DNA of 63,751 nt, the filler included. It is 5 parts of 5 records of this genome, joined end to end, with 100 filler letters (N's around TTAATTAATTAA, not from the genome) between each part and the next. Parts side by side here need not be neighbours in the genome. Positions count along the whole stretch, not along the records: positions 29,893 to 42,304 come from DRR723986_5769; 4 more parts are not named here. The stretch is one strand, 5' to 3'. The notes under the pieces are model-generated. The model saw nothing but the letters and a program-made list of their open reading frames with translations. It ran no database searches and was not told the origin of the DNA. This document shows positions 32,095-41,503 of this stretch, piece after piece. The number at the start of each line of letters is the position of its first letter. Position 1 is the stretch's first letter. The position numbers and the translations under genes are program-made.

Positions 32095-32838
32095 ATGCGA
32101 CCTGTCTTACTCTGGATCTTGATAGCTGCAGTCGCCTTTGGCCTCTCCAGCCTTGTCTTTTTCAACCGGGCAAATGCCACATCGGAATTGACGTTTTACC
32201 TGACACCTTTGGAGTGCAATGCTGCGGCCGGCCTTGGTTGCGGTAGCCGCGCCAAACCTGTTCTGCTGGAACTTGAGCGTCATCCCAGCATTGCCGAGGC
32301 CTGGCTGGATCGCCCCGGGTCTACAGTCACAGTCGTATGGCAGGGTGCAGAATCATCCGCCGAACAGCTGGAAATTGTACAGGCAATCTTCGTAAACAAT
32401 TCTGTCGACTTTGAACCGCTCAGCTCGAATGAAATTCCAGCTGAACTCCTAAACAGTTTTGAGAGTCGCAACGACTGGTACCGCGCCGCGGACGTGGATA
32501 TGTTAAGTCGCGAAGAGGCAAAAGCTATAGCGCAAACTTCCGCTAACGAGTTAATCGCCGCCGGACTTGTCAGCGACTCCGAAGCAGAGGCAATTGCAAC
32601 CGACATTGAAGCACATTTTGCCATCGAGCTTGTTAAGATTCGCAGCCTGGAACAATTACAAAACGACGAACAGACTTTCTACAGCGACATATTAGCGATT
32701 TGCCAAAGACACATTGGCGCAGAGCGCATGGCCGCCCTGTATGACCTTGCAACCCAGCGCACGGGACAGACATACTCCGAGCAAGAAGCAGACTCAAGTC
32801 CATCTGGTGCACCAGAGGCTGCAGCCGCACAGGATTAA
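32095..32838 (+). CDS. Exported protein with Cys-pair, HMA-like N-terminal domain (putative heavy-metal binding)
   Basis: N-terminal signal/TM; PLECNAAAGLGCGSRAKP motif; follows ArsR. Confidence 0.55.
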   Translation: MRPVLLWILIAAVAFGLSSLVFFNRANATSELTFYLTPLECNAAAGLGCGSRAKPVLLELERHPSIAEAWLDRPGSTVTVVWQGAESSAEQLEIVQAIFVNNSVDFEPLSSNEIPAELLNSFESRNDWYRAADVDMLSREEAKAIAQTSANELIAAGLVSDSEAEAIATDIEAHFAIELVKIRSLEQLQNDEQTFYSDILAICQRHIGAERMAALYDLATQRTGQTYSEQEADSSPSGAPEAAAAQD

Positions 32839-33383
32839 CAAACGGGCCTCAAAACATTAGAGTCACCGGATTGATGACACTCACGAAGGTTAGGATGTAG
32901 AGTCGGGGCATGCCACGGCTCTGCATTCCATTGAACATCACACCCTCTCCAGCTTCACCATCTATAATCTTTCAGACTCGCCTAGCACCCTAAAATCCGC
33001 GATTGTTCAGACCTGGAATCGCGGAATGGGACTCGATGCCAAACAAGAAAATCAGCAAGCCTGAGACCGAACGCAGTAGAGGGCTCAAAGCGGGGGAGTA
33101 CCAAAGTCAGGTAAGTAACGGTCCGAACAAACAGACTTTTAGTGGCCAAAACATCAAGTAATATTTCTGAATAATTCACCAGATTTTTGGAACACATGGC
33201 ACATTACCGGCATCACCGTCTAAATTTTTTCAATGAGATACAGTTGTCATACTCCACTCCACGCCTACTCCAGACTGCGGTAGATTAGAACAGCGACAAA
33301 GGCACGACTTAGGTTTATAGGGCGCTCAAAAGCTTTTCTGAGAGATAGCGGCTGGTGAATCTCAAACAAATAGTGAAATATCC

Positions 33384-33412
33384 TTGTATTTATTATTCTT
33401 ACTTTTTATTAT
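33384..33412 (+). promoter_or_regulatory. Putative sigma70-type promoter of the cas operon
   Basis: TTGTAT-17 bp-TATTAT in an AT-rich stretch about 170 bp upstream of cas8b. Confidence 0.5.
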
Positions 33413-33583
33413 TGCATCAGAAAATATCTACAAATACCACGCAACGGCAGTCAAAAATTTACTGCTTTTTATTGCAATAATATTTCTGGATTTTCGAGCC
33501 AAACATCTCAACCAGCAGTAAGCTTCGAAGAGTCGAATTGGCGCGACAATCCAAACACATTGGCCCCGAGTCAAATATCCATC

Positions 33584-35356
33584 ATGATCCAAAAACTCGC
33601 AAAGCTCGGAAGAATATTGCCGGATGAGATGGTTGACATTGATCCTCTCAATCTCGCAACTGGTGATTCCATTCCAGAACATATTGTGTTTATCTGTTTT
33701 GAGAGTAGAGGCTTGTCTTGGCAATTCAAGCAGGTCGAAATGGAAGAATTTGCCCTAAACAAACAGAACAACTACTTGCTGATTAGAGCCAAAGGCAATG
33801 GAAGATCAGAGTTCCCTACAATCGAAGTCTTTAACAACAGCGAAATTTATAAAGATGGTACGGTTGATTTTGAGTCAAGTAAAAAGGGAGCCAAACTTCT
33901 TTCTATTCTGAAGAAGCATTATAAAGAGCTTTCCGGCATTGTTGAACAACTTATCTCTAATCAAGAAATTGGCGTAGCACTAACCCAAAAAACTGAATTA
34001 CTTTCACAATTTGTGCTGTCGATCAAACTGAACAGCGAGATGGTTGGCACAGCGGCAGAGTTCCGTTCAAAAATAGCAGAAGTTCGAGAACGGGCTATCA
34101 ACAGAGATTACAAAGTCTTCCCTGCACAGAACAAGATTTGTTCGATTAGCGGCGAAGTTGGCGAAGTTTTTGGCAATAGCACATTCTATAGCTTTTACGC
34201 TACAAAAACCAATATTTCGGCTGTCGCCGGTGGATTTGATAAAAAACAGTCTTGGAAAAACTTTCCGACTTCCGAAGCTGGAATCTTGAATGTTGAACGC
34301 GGCAAGTGGTTCATAGAAAGACATCTGAGCTTTCGATTTTGTGGCGTAGACTATTTTTTGATACCAGAAGTACTGTTAACAGGCAGTAACACGCACAGTA
34401 TTCTACACGGCTTAAAACGCTTAGATGACTTTCGACTTAAAAATAGAAACTCAAAGTTCGTTGAACTAAACCTTGTCAAGATGCTCGCCTCTCAAAACAA
34501 TTCTGCGACATTCACGATGTTTTTCTTTGAAAGGAATAAGTCTCAGTTCAAAATATTACTTTCTATCGATGACATATCGCCGACTTATGCGGTCCGATTG
34601 CACAACACAATTGAACAAACTGAAGAATTGGCAATATTCAAAAACTTCACCGGAAAAGACGGTAAACCATACTCTGTAACGTTCGATTCTTTTGGGGCTT
34701 TGCGCACCTTCTTTCCCAATGCCAAGATTGAAGGCAATCACACTGCACGTTTTCTCGAAGTTGTTCGCGCTGTATTAATGCAAAGAACTGTTACACATTC
34801 CGTTCTTTTGCGCTACATCATGATGAAGATCCGGCGAATTTTCGTCGAAGGGAATAACCTTCGATTCTCTGTATTGCGGGCCTGGCTGATCCTTCTTGTT
34901 TTTGACCAAATGAAAATTGTTAAAGTTCCACACGATCAAACGGAAGCAGCTCCTATGAATATGAAGCTGGGTACTATGGGTGAAATCGTCCGAGAGTTTT
35001 TTAGCACTCACCCCGAATTTCACAAAAGGCAGGCAGCATGCCGTGGCGCGTTCCTACTCGGAGTCCTTGCCAAGAAAGTCCTTGACATACAGTACGGGGA
35101 GCGTCAGTCCGAACCCTTTCGGGCCAGACTTAACGGAATGCACATAAGTCAAAAGACTGTCAAACGCCTTATGGCCGAAATCCCAGTAAAACTGGAGGAG
35201 TACAACAAAAACTACCAATCGTACAAGGACTTAAACAAACTGGCTGCATCTGAACTAGCACATTTGGATGACAACCTGAGTGACGACGATCGGAGTTTTT
35301 ATTTTGCTCTTGGCATGGCACTTGAAGAGCATTTTCGAGTCAGCAACAAAGACTGA
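33584..35356 (+). CDS. cas8b: Type I-B Cascade large subunit Cas8b (Csh1/TM1802-like)
   Basis: ICSISG, AGGFDKKQSWKNFP, AFLLGVL, FYFALGM; first gene before cas7/cas5/cas3. Confidence 0.85.
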   Translation: MIQKLAKLGRILPDEMVDIDPLNLATGDSIPEHIVFICFESRGLSWQFKQVEMEEFALNKQNNYLLIRAKGNGRSEFPTIEVFNNSEIYKDGTVDFESSKKGAKLLSILKKHYKELSGIVEQLISNQEIGVALTQKTELLSQFVLSIKLNSEMVGTAAEFRSKIAEVRERAINRDYKVFPAQNKICSISGEVGEVFGNSTFYSFYATKTNISAVAGGFDKKQSWKNFPTSEAGILNVERGKWFIERHLSFRFCGVDYFLIPEVLLTGSNTHSILHGLKRLDDFRLKNRNSKFVELNLVKMLASQNNSATFTMFFFERNKSQFKILLSIDDISPTYAVRLHNTIEQTEELAIFKNFTGKDGKPYSVTFDSFGALRTFFPNAKIEGNHTARFLEVVRAVLMQRTVTHSVLLRYIMMKIRRIFVEGNNLRFSVLRAWLILLVFDQMKIVKVPHDQTEAAPMNMKLGTMGEIVREFFSTHPEFHKRQAACRGAFLLGVLAKKVLDIQYGERQSEPFRARLNGMHISQKTVKRLMAEIPVKLEEYNKNYQSYKDLNKLAASELAHLDDNLSDDDRSFYFALGMALEEHFRVSNKD

Positions 35357-35435
35357 GTTTCGCAGTATAACACTCTTGCTAAAACTCTATCACATCAACC
35401 AATCTATCAGAATTCTCATTTTGGAGACATCAGCG

Positions 35436-36329
35436 ATGCCAACAATCAGTAAACGCGAAGAATTTCTTTTTCTGTACGACATCAAAGATAACAACCCCAA
35501 TGGCGACCCCATGGATAGTAACAAACCACGCATCGACGAGGAAAGCGGCCATAACCTCGTGACGGACGTACGCCTTAAACGGACGATTCGAGACTACTTG
35601 CTTGAGTACGAGGGGTTCAACGGAACTGGTGATAGAGACATCTTTGTCCGCAGCATAGAGTCAACATCACAAAAGAAAGGAAAAACCAAAGGCTTGCAAG
35701 ATGGCAAAGAAAGAGCACTTGATTTTAAAAACAGCGCAGCGCTGATTACCAAACAGTGTATTGACATTCGCCTGTTCGGCGCTGTGATACCTGTCAAAGG
35801 AGATCCAATAAAGTATACTGGCCCAGTCCAAATGCGGATGGGCCGAAGTCTGCATAAAGTAGAGCTAAAGCACGTTAAAGGTACCGGTGCATTTGCATCC
35901 ACAGCGGGCAATGAGCAGCGCACATTTCGCGAGGAGTACATCCTCCCGTATTCACTTATCGCATTCTATGGAATTGTGAACGAAAAAGCGGCACAGGACA
36001 CAGGATTAACTGAGGCTGACCTGGATCTGTTTTATGAAGCTATGTGGAATGGAACACGTAACCTCATTAGTCGCACAAAGATTGGCCAGGAACCACGGGT
36101 CCTCATACGCCTACAGTACAAAACTCCCGGATTTTTCATAGGTGATCTCGACCGGAAAGTAACTTTCGATGTTGGCGAAAAGCGAGACGAACAGATCCGC
36201 GACATAGAAGATGGCACACTTGATCTTTCGAAATTGCAAGGCTCTCTAAAAGTACATTCCAAACATGTTTCCACTACTTCGACACGGGTCTCAGAGAGTG
36301 TACAATTACGTGGATGGGACCAGCGATGA
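35436..36329 (+). CDS. cas7: Type I-B Cas7 (Csh2)
   Basis: NPNGDP...PRID, VTDVRLKRTIRDY, IDIRLFGA, TGPVQ; GGAGA RBS before ATG 35436. Confidence 0.93.
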   Translation: MPTISKREEFLFLYDIKDNNPNGDPMDSNKPRIDEESGHNLVTDVRLKRTIRDYLLEYEGFNGTGDRDIFVRSIESTSQKKGKTKGLQDGKERALDFKNSAALITKQCIDIRLFGAVIPVKGDPIKYTGPVQMRMGRSLHKVELKHVKGTGAFASTAGNEQRTFREEYILPYSLIAFYGIVNEKAAQDTGLTEADLDLFYEAMWNGTRNLISRTKIGQEPRVLIRLQYKTPGFFIGDLDRKVTFDVGEKRDEQIRDIEDGTLDLSKLQGSLKVHSKHVSTTSTRVSESVQLRGWDQR

Positions 36330-37033
36330 AATTACCACAGTCCATTTTCAGCTTCGAACTATGGGGGAACCTGGCACACTTTAAGAAGTACTATACAACT
36401 TTGTCACCACTAACGTTCTCAATTCCGCCGGGAACGGCGATTCGTGGTATGCTTGGAGCGGTTTTAGGCCTTCCAAAATCAGATGCTCCCGAGACATTTC
36501 TTTCAACGTACATCGGTGTTCAAGTTATAAATCCAATCAGCAAATTGACACTTCAAATTAATAACGTGATGGTAAAGTCAAGGGAACACTTTTCCCGATA
36601 TGAAGCTCATAGCCAAACCAACTATGAATTCCTCAGAGATCCCCACTATCGAATTTTTGTGGCAAGTGAGGATGTAAATACTCATTCCGAACTGGCAAAA
36701 CGGTTGGGTGAACGTGATTGTGCTTACACACTTTCTCTTGGGATAACAGAAGCTCTGGCCAATTTTGGCAATTTCGAAACACATACGGTAGCTAGAGTTG
36801 GTACAGTGACAGACACAATAAGGACAATCATCCCAAGACACAGGATGCAGGCAACCAGCAAGACATTTAGTGACAACCATATCTTTGCTGAAAAAGTACC
36901 AATACGAATGTTAAACAGTCGTGAAGTGACTCAATACGAAGAATTCTTATTTGATTCAACTGGGCAGGGAGTACATGCCCGGCTTGAAAATGCAGTAACA
37001 CTTGATGACGGCAGTATTATCGCAATGATATAG
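36326..37033 (+). CDS. cas5: Type I-B Cas5
   Basis: FELWGNLAHFKKYYT...PPGTAIRGMLGAVLG; ATGA overlap with cas7. Confidence 0.92.
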   Translation: MKLPQSIFSFELWGNLAHFKKYYTTLSPLTFSIPPGTAIRGMLGAVLGLPKSDAPETFLSTYIGVQVINPISKLTLQINNVMVKSREHFSRYEAHSQTNYEFLRDPHYRIFVASEDVNTHSELAKRLGERDCAYTLSLGITEALANFGNFETHTVARVGTVTDTIRTIIPRHRMQATSKTFSDNHIFAEKVPIRMLNSREVTQYEEFLFDSTGQGVHARLENAVTLDDGSIIAMI

Positions 37034-37085
37034 AACGACTATCAATTCCCACTATCGCAAACTCTTAACCACAACTGTACTCGGT

Positions 37086-39515
37086 ATGAACAAATACTCG
37101 GTCCTGTTTAGTCACCCAGATTATTCTCTTGAAGACCATTTGTGCGGTGTACTAACAAATTGCAGAATACTCTCCGAAACACTCCAGCTTAGCAATGACA
37201 TTCGCCAGGCGATTGATTTTTGCGCAATCTTACATGATTTCGGCAAGGCAAGCTCGTACTTTCAGGATTACATCCGTATGGATGACCACGATAGACACCG
37301 CCTGACCAAGGACGAGCGTATGTTGAAAAGTCACGCATGCTTTTCAGCTATGTGGACTTTCATTATCACCAAGCAACAACTCAATAACGAGTCCGTTGCA
37401 ATTGTAGCTTACTTTGCAGTTCTCAAGCATCATGGCAACCTATCCAATGCTCAAGATATGCTATTTAAGGCTGCGACTGATCTTGACTTAATGAAATCAA
37501 TTAGTGAATCTATTGACTACACCGCAATGAATTCCATCGTTCGCAGACTGGGCTTCAACTTCACAGGAATCACGCACGAAAGATTCATAAATGAATGCGA
37601 CAAAACATTTCAACTAGGCTTCGTTCTTGCCAATGAGAACTTCGGCCGCGATGGAACACTCGACGACTACTTCAATCTCAACTTGCTTTACTCGATACTG
37701 CTCTCTGCCGATAAAGGCGAAGCAATCTTCAAATGTACTCCTTACCGCCGAACCAGTAATAGTTTGCCCGCAAATGCAGTCGACCGCTATAAACAGAAAC
37801 ACTTTGACGGAAAACCATCGGGGCTAAACATTCTTCGAGAATACGTTTACCAGGCGGTAAATCGCCAAATCCTCGAACACTCAGATAAGCGTTTTCTTAG
37901 TATTAACGTTCCAACCGGAATTGGTAAAACACTCACTGTCTTGAACGCAGCTTTTAAGTTGAAAGCTGTACGCCTGGACTTGCACAAAATCATATATTGC
38001 CTCCCATTCACCTCAGTAATCGACCAGAATGCTGCCGTTTTTACCTCGGTGTTGGCTAACTGCATAGAAGGGGAGCCAAGCTCTGACCACCTGATGTTAT
38101 ACCATTACCTTGCAGAGCGCGTTTATCGACCTGCAGATCATCTGGTTGAGATCGACAATCAACGTGCCGAATTCTTGCTAGAGTCATTTGAGTCGGATTT
38201 ATCCTTAACGACTTTCTATCAGTTGCTCCACGGCCTCCTCTCTGGACGCAATCACGAGGTTCGAAAACTGTGCAGTTTTGCAAATTCGATCGTAATCCTT
38301 GATGAAGTTCAAAGCATTCCGATAAAGTACTGGCCTCTGGTTCGGCGCATTTTCATTGAGCTATCCGAACGCCTTAACGTCACTACGATTCTGGTGACCG
38401 CAACAATGCCTCTAATTTTTAGTGAAAAAAAAGGCGAAGTTGTTGAACTTGTTGCCGACAAAGCAGATATCTTCAAGAAGATGGATCGGATTGATTTAAA
38501 CTGTTCCTTACTCAAGAAGCCTTTTTCAATTGAATCCTTCGCTGAACATCTGGCAAGCGAGATTGAGGCCAATTCAAAGCAATCGGTACTTGTGATTGTC
38601 AATACACGCCGAATGGCACGGACTCTCTATACAGAACTTAATTCGCGACTAGGGTTTAGCAAAGTAAAACAACCGGATGGCCTATACTGTCTGTCAACGG
38701 ACATTTATCCCAAGGAACGACTTCGTCGTATTCAGTTAATCAAACAACGAACTGAGGAAGACAATCGAGGCACCAAAACCAACCGTCCAACTATTGTCAT
38801 ATCAACGCAACTAGTAGAAGCTGGTGTAGATCTTGACTTTGACATTGTCTGGCGAGACATAGCACCACTTGACTCTATTTTTCAGGCTTGCGGACGTTGC
38901 AATCGCAATATGCGAAAAGGCTTTCGTGGACAAGTTAGACTTGTTGAGCTACTGGATGACAATGGCTCTTCTCCAGCATCATTTCTCTATGGACCTTATC
39001 TTATCTCACAGACCCGCGAGCTTCTTCAAAACCAACCACCAATCATTCCTGAAGCAGCCTTCTTCAAACTGTCACAAACCTATTCATGCACCCTGAACCT
39101 GGGAGTCAACAAATTTGAGTCGTTGTCTATTCTGGAAGCAATGACCAAATTAAACTACGATACGGCGTTCAATCTTGATTTTTGCAAAAGTGCGCGAAAA
39201 AAGGGTGTGCTTCCCGCAAAGCACAAACCGTTTTCCCTGATTGATGAGAATAACACAACTCCCATTTTCATTGCATCACAAGACCCCGAAGCGCTCCACC
39301 TACTTAACGAGTTCCAACAATTGCAAAATAACCGCACGATGAACAGGTTTGCTCGACGAAGTGCGATCAAAACACTCAATCGACAATTGGGGCAGTTTAT
39401 TGTTCACGTGCCAGAAAACAAGGTTCCAAAACAAAACCGGTGGCAGACCTTTCTTGTGGACGAAAACATCAATTGTATTTCCTACGATACTGAAACTGGT
39501 ATTTACTACGAGTAA
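37086..39515 (+). CDS. cas3: Cas3 HD nuclease-helicase
   Basis: LEDHL, LHDFGK, PTGIGKT, DEVQ, TATMP, STQLVEAGVDLDF, QACGRCNR. Confidence 0.96.
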   Translation: MNKYSVLFSHPDYSLEDHLCGVLTNCRILSETLQLSNDIRQAIDFCAILHDFGKASSYFQDYIRMDDHDRHRLTKDERMLKSHACFSAMWTFIITKQQLNNESVAIVAYFAVLKHHGNLSNAQDMLFKAATDLDLMKSISESIDYTAMNSIVRRLGFNFTGITHERFINECDKTFQLGFVLANENFGRDGTLDDYFNLNLLYSILLSADKGEAIFKCTPYRRTSNSLPANAVDRYKQKHFDGKPSGLNILREYVYQAVNRQILEHSDKRFLSINVPTGIGKTLTVLNAAFKLKAVRLDLHKIIYCLPFTSVIDQNAAVFTSVLANCIEGEPSSDHLMLYHYLAERVYRPADHLVEIDNQRAEFLLESFESDLSLTTFYQLLHGLLSGRNHEVRKLCSFANSIVILDEVQSIPIKYWPLVRRIFIELSERLNVTTILVTATMPLIFSEKKGEVVELVADKADIFKKMDRIDLNCSLLKKPFSIESFAEHLASEIEANSKQSVLVIVNTRRMARTLYTELNSRLGFSKVKQPDGLYCLSTDIYPKERLRRIQLIKQRTEEDNRGTKTNRPTIVISTQLVEAGVDLDFDIVWRDIAPLDSIFQACGRCNRNMRKGFRGQVRLVELLDDNGSSPASFLYGPYLISQTRELLQNQPPIIPEAAFFKLSQTYSCTLNLGVNKFESLSILEAMTKLNYDTAFNLDFCKSARKKGVLPAKHKPFSLIDENNTTPIFIASQDPEALHLLNEFQQLQNNRTMNRFARRSAIKTLNRQLGQFIVHVPENKVPKQNRWQTFLVDENINCISYDTETGIYYE

Positions 39516-39525
39516 CCCTCCCTCC

Positions 39526-40308
39526 ATGCACACACTTCCAATCACAACAGTTCATTTCCCGGACACACGCCTCTCTACGCGCGATGGCCACAAGCTGCGC
39601 GGCTACTTTGGCAATGTCTTCCGCGAACATTCAACTCTGCTGCATAATCACTTTGAAGATGGGACTCTGCGGCATGACTACCCCTTGGTACAGTACAAGG
39701 TAATTGACAACATCGCCACCCTAACCGGTCTGGGAGACGGCGCGGAGCTGCTGCGCGATCTATTTCTGCGTATCGATGGCATTACAATTGACGGCATGCA
39801 CATTCCGGTCTACAGCAAACATATTTACTTTCGCGAGGAACAGTTTGGTCCGGTTAACGAGCTGCGGCAGTATAATTTTAAGACCTTGTGGTTTGCGCTG
39901 AACACCAGAAACTATCGCGAATACCAAATTGCGACCGCAGCTGAGCGCCAGGAGCTGTTAAACAGAATTCTCATTGGCAATATTTTAGTTTTCTTCCGTG
40001 CCTTTGGTTTTATGATTGAAGAACGCTTGATGGCGATGCCACGCGTCCAGGAACGCTCAACGATGTTTAAGGATCAAAGGATGTGCGCCTTTCAGGGCGA
40101 CTTTGTTGCCAATACAATCTTGCCCGACTTTATAGGCCTGGGTAAATCCGTCTCGCGCGGATTTGGGTGTATTACAAATTCGACGCCTGTTAACCAGGTC
40201 GGCGGCAGCTACAACCACGCCGGCAGCTCCTCCACGTCGAATTCGCGCAGGAAAAGCCAAGTCGGCAGTCCAATATTTATGCGCAGCAAGGAAACGCGAA
40301 GAGTGTAG
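39526..40308 (+). CDS. cas6: Cas6 endoribonuclease (Cas6b-like)
   Basis: KLRGYFG, LLHNH, YPLVQYK, G-rich loop GLGKSVSRGFG; start MHTLP. Confidence 0.88.
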   Translation: MHTLPITTVHFPDTRLSTRDGHKLRGYFGNVFREHSTLLHNHFEDGTLRHDYPLVQYKVIDNIATLTGLGDGAELLRDLFLRIDGITIDGMHIPVYSKHIYFREEQFGPVNELRQYNFKTLWFALNTRNYREYQIATAAERQELLNRILIGNILVFFRAFGFMIEERLMAMPRVQERSTMFKDQRMCAFQGDFVANTILPDFIGLGKSVSRGFGCITNSTPVNQVGGSYNHAGSSSTSNSRRKSQVGSPIFMRSKETRRV

Positions 40309-40310
40309 TT

Positions 40311-40466
40311 ATGGACTAACATCTGTACACTTATCGCACGTATCTACATGTGCGTGACGGCATGTTTGAGGTCACTTTCAAAATACTGATACACACGCAG
40401 GATTTGTGCATTTGCTGTGGAACGGGAGTGGAGTCACACAAGCGGTCATTTGGTGCGGAGCGATAG
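40311..40466 (+). pseudogene. cas1: cas1 5' remnant with in-frame stop at codon 3
   Basis: Translates MD*HLYTYRTYLHVRDGMFEV...ESHKRSFGAER*, resembling the Cas1 N-terminus (MxLxxxTYGTYLHVKDxMFE); sits in the cas1 position; absent from ORF track. Confidence 0.75.
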
Positions 40467-40526
40467 CCATATTCGCAAGTGCATCCAGTTAACATCAGCG
40501 GCCTGACCAGCTACTTTTGTGGCGAT

Positions 40527-40901
40527 TCACTTTTCCGTTTCACTTTTCTCTGACAGCTCGACCGTAAGAAAACAAATCGAAACGACCGGCAGAAATTGCC
40601 AGCCGCAGTAGAATTCGTAATACTGCAACTCTTCGAGCGGGATATGCTCCTTAAACTGATTGGCTTTGACCTGTTCTGCAATTTTCGATTTATCGCCTGG
40701 CTGCCACCCATCCATGTCAGTGCCTATTCCATCACTAACCCTGAGGAACCTGGTTTTGGTAAATTTGTACACATACATCTTTTCTTGCCAATTCTTAAAC
40801 TCAAGAATAGTTGTATCCCCCAGAAGTGTAACCGAGCAAACCTGACCGTCAGCAGTGGCCAGAGTATTGAGATCAATGATTTCCACTGTTTGCCTCGTCA
40901 T
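40527..40901 (-). CDS. Hypothetical ~124-aa protein inserted antisense in the cas1 position
   Basis: Open ORF MTRQTVEII...; alternative upstream start 40943; no motif recognised with confidence. Confidence 0.6.
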   Translation of the reverse strand: MTRQTVEIIDLNTLATADGQVCSVTLLGDTTILEFKNWQEKMYVYKFTKTRFLRVSDGIGTDMDGWQPGDKSKIAEQVKANQFKEHIPLEELQYYEFYCGWQFLPVVSICFLTVELSEKSETEK

Positions 40902-41085
40902 CGTCGAACATGCACCACCTTCTGTGTGGCTGGAGCCGGACAAGTTTACAAATATTATTGCAATTACTGGTGAACAGGTCAGACAATTTCAGATTCGAGA
41001 CAAATTGAATGCAAGCCGACACAAGGTGTACAGTCAGTTTAGGGGGTTGAACCTGCGGGCTTAACAACTAACAAGAACATCAAAA

Positions 41086-41134
41086 AGCGCACCGCAGGTG
41101 AACGCGTTCAAGAGAGCGTACCGCAGGTAAACGC
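41086..41134. repeat. Two 20-bp direct repeats (41086-41105, 41115-41134) plus inverted core at 41051-41058
   Basis: agcgcaccgcaggtgaacgc / agcgtaccgcaggtaaacgc (18/20); acctgcgg is the reverse complement of ccgcaggt. Confidence 0.8.
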
Positions 41135-41254
41135 CACTACGCCCTCCGTTCTGCGACCATCAAATCCCTGACAGCAAGCAAACAAGAAGCACACAATCGG
41201 AGATGTTAAACATGGACTCAACAAGTTAAAATCCGCAAACTGACACCAGCTCCG

Positions 41255-41503
41255 CGCACAAAAGTCAGTAAAATTTGCCAAAAGATGGGTTTAACACGCG
41301 TACAGTATTCAGTGTTTCTCGGCACGCTGGACAAGAGCGAAAAGGACAGCCTTGAGCTTCAGATTACAGAGTTAATCAACGACGAACGCGACAGCGTTTA
41401 CATATTCCCGATGAGCCGGGACGAACTACGCGACTCTGTTTTACTTGGTCAGGCATTTGACAAAAATCTCGTGACGGATGAAGTCCAGGCGATGTTTCTA
41501 TGA
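41255..41503 (+). pseudogene. cas2: cas2, 5'-truncated
   Basis: RTKVSKICQKMGLTRVQYSVFLG...DSVYIFP is Cas2-like; upstream frame lacks the N-terminal YDI strand and hits TAA at 41207-41209. Confidence 0.8.

Noticed and set aside
41066-41211. Integron attC-like site (ACTAAC...GTTAAAC)
   Set aside because: No complementary L boxes or long stem, and it lies upstream rather than downstream of the inserted ORF
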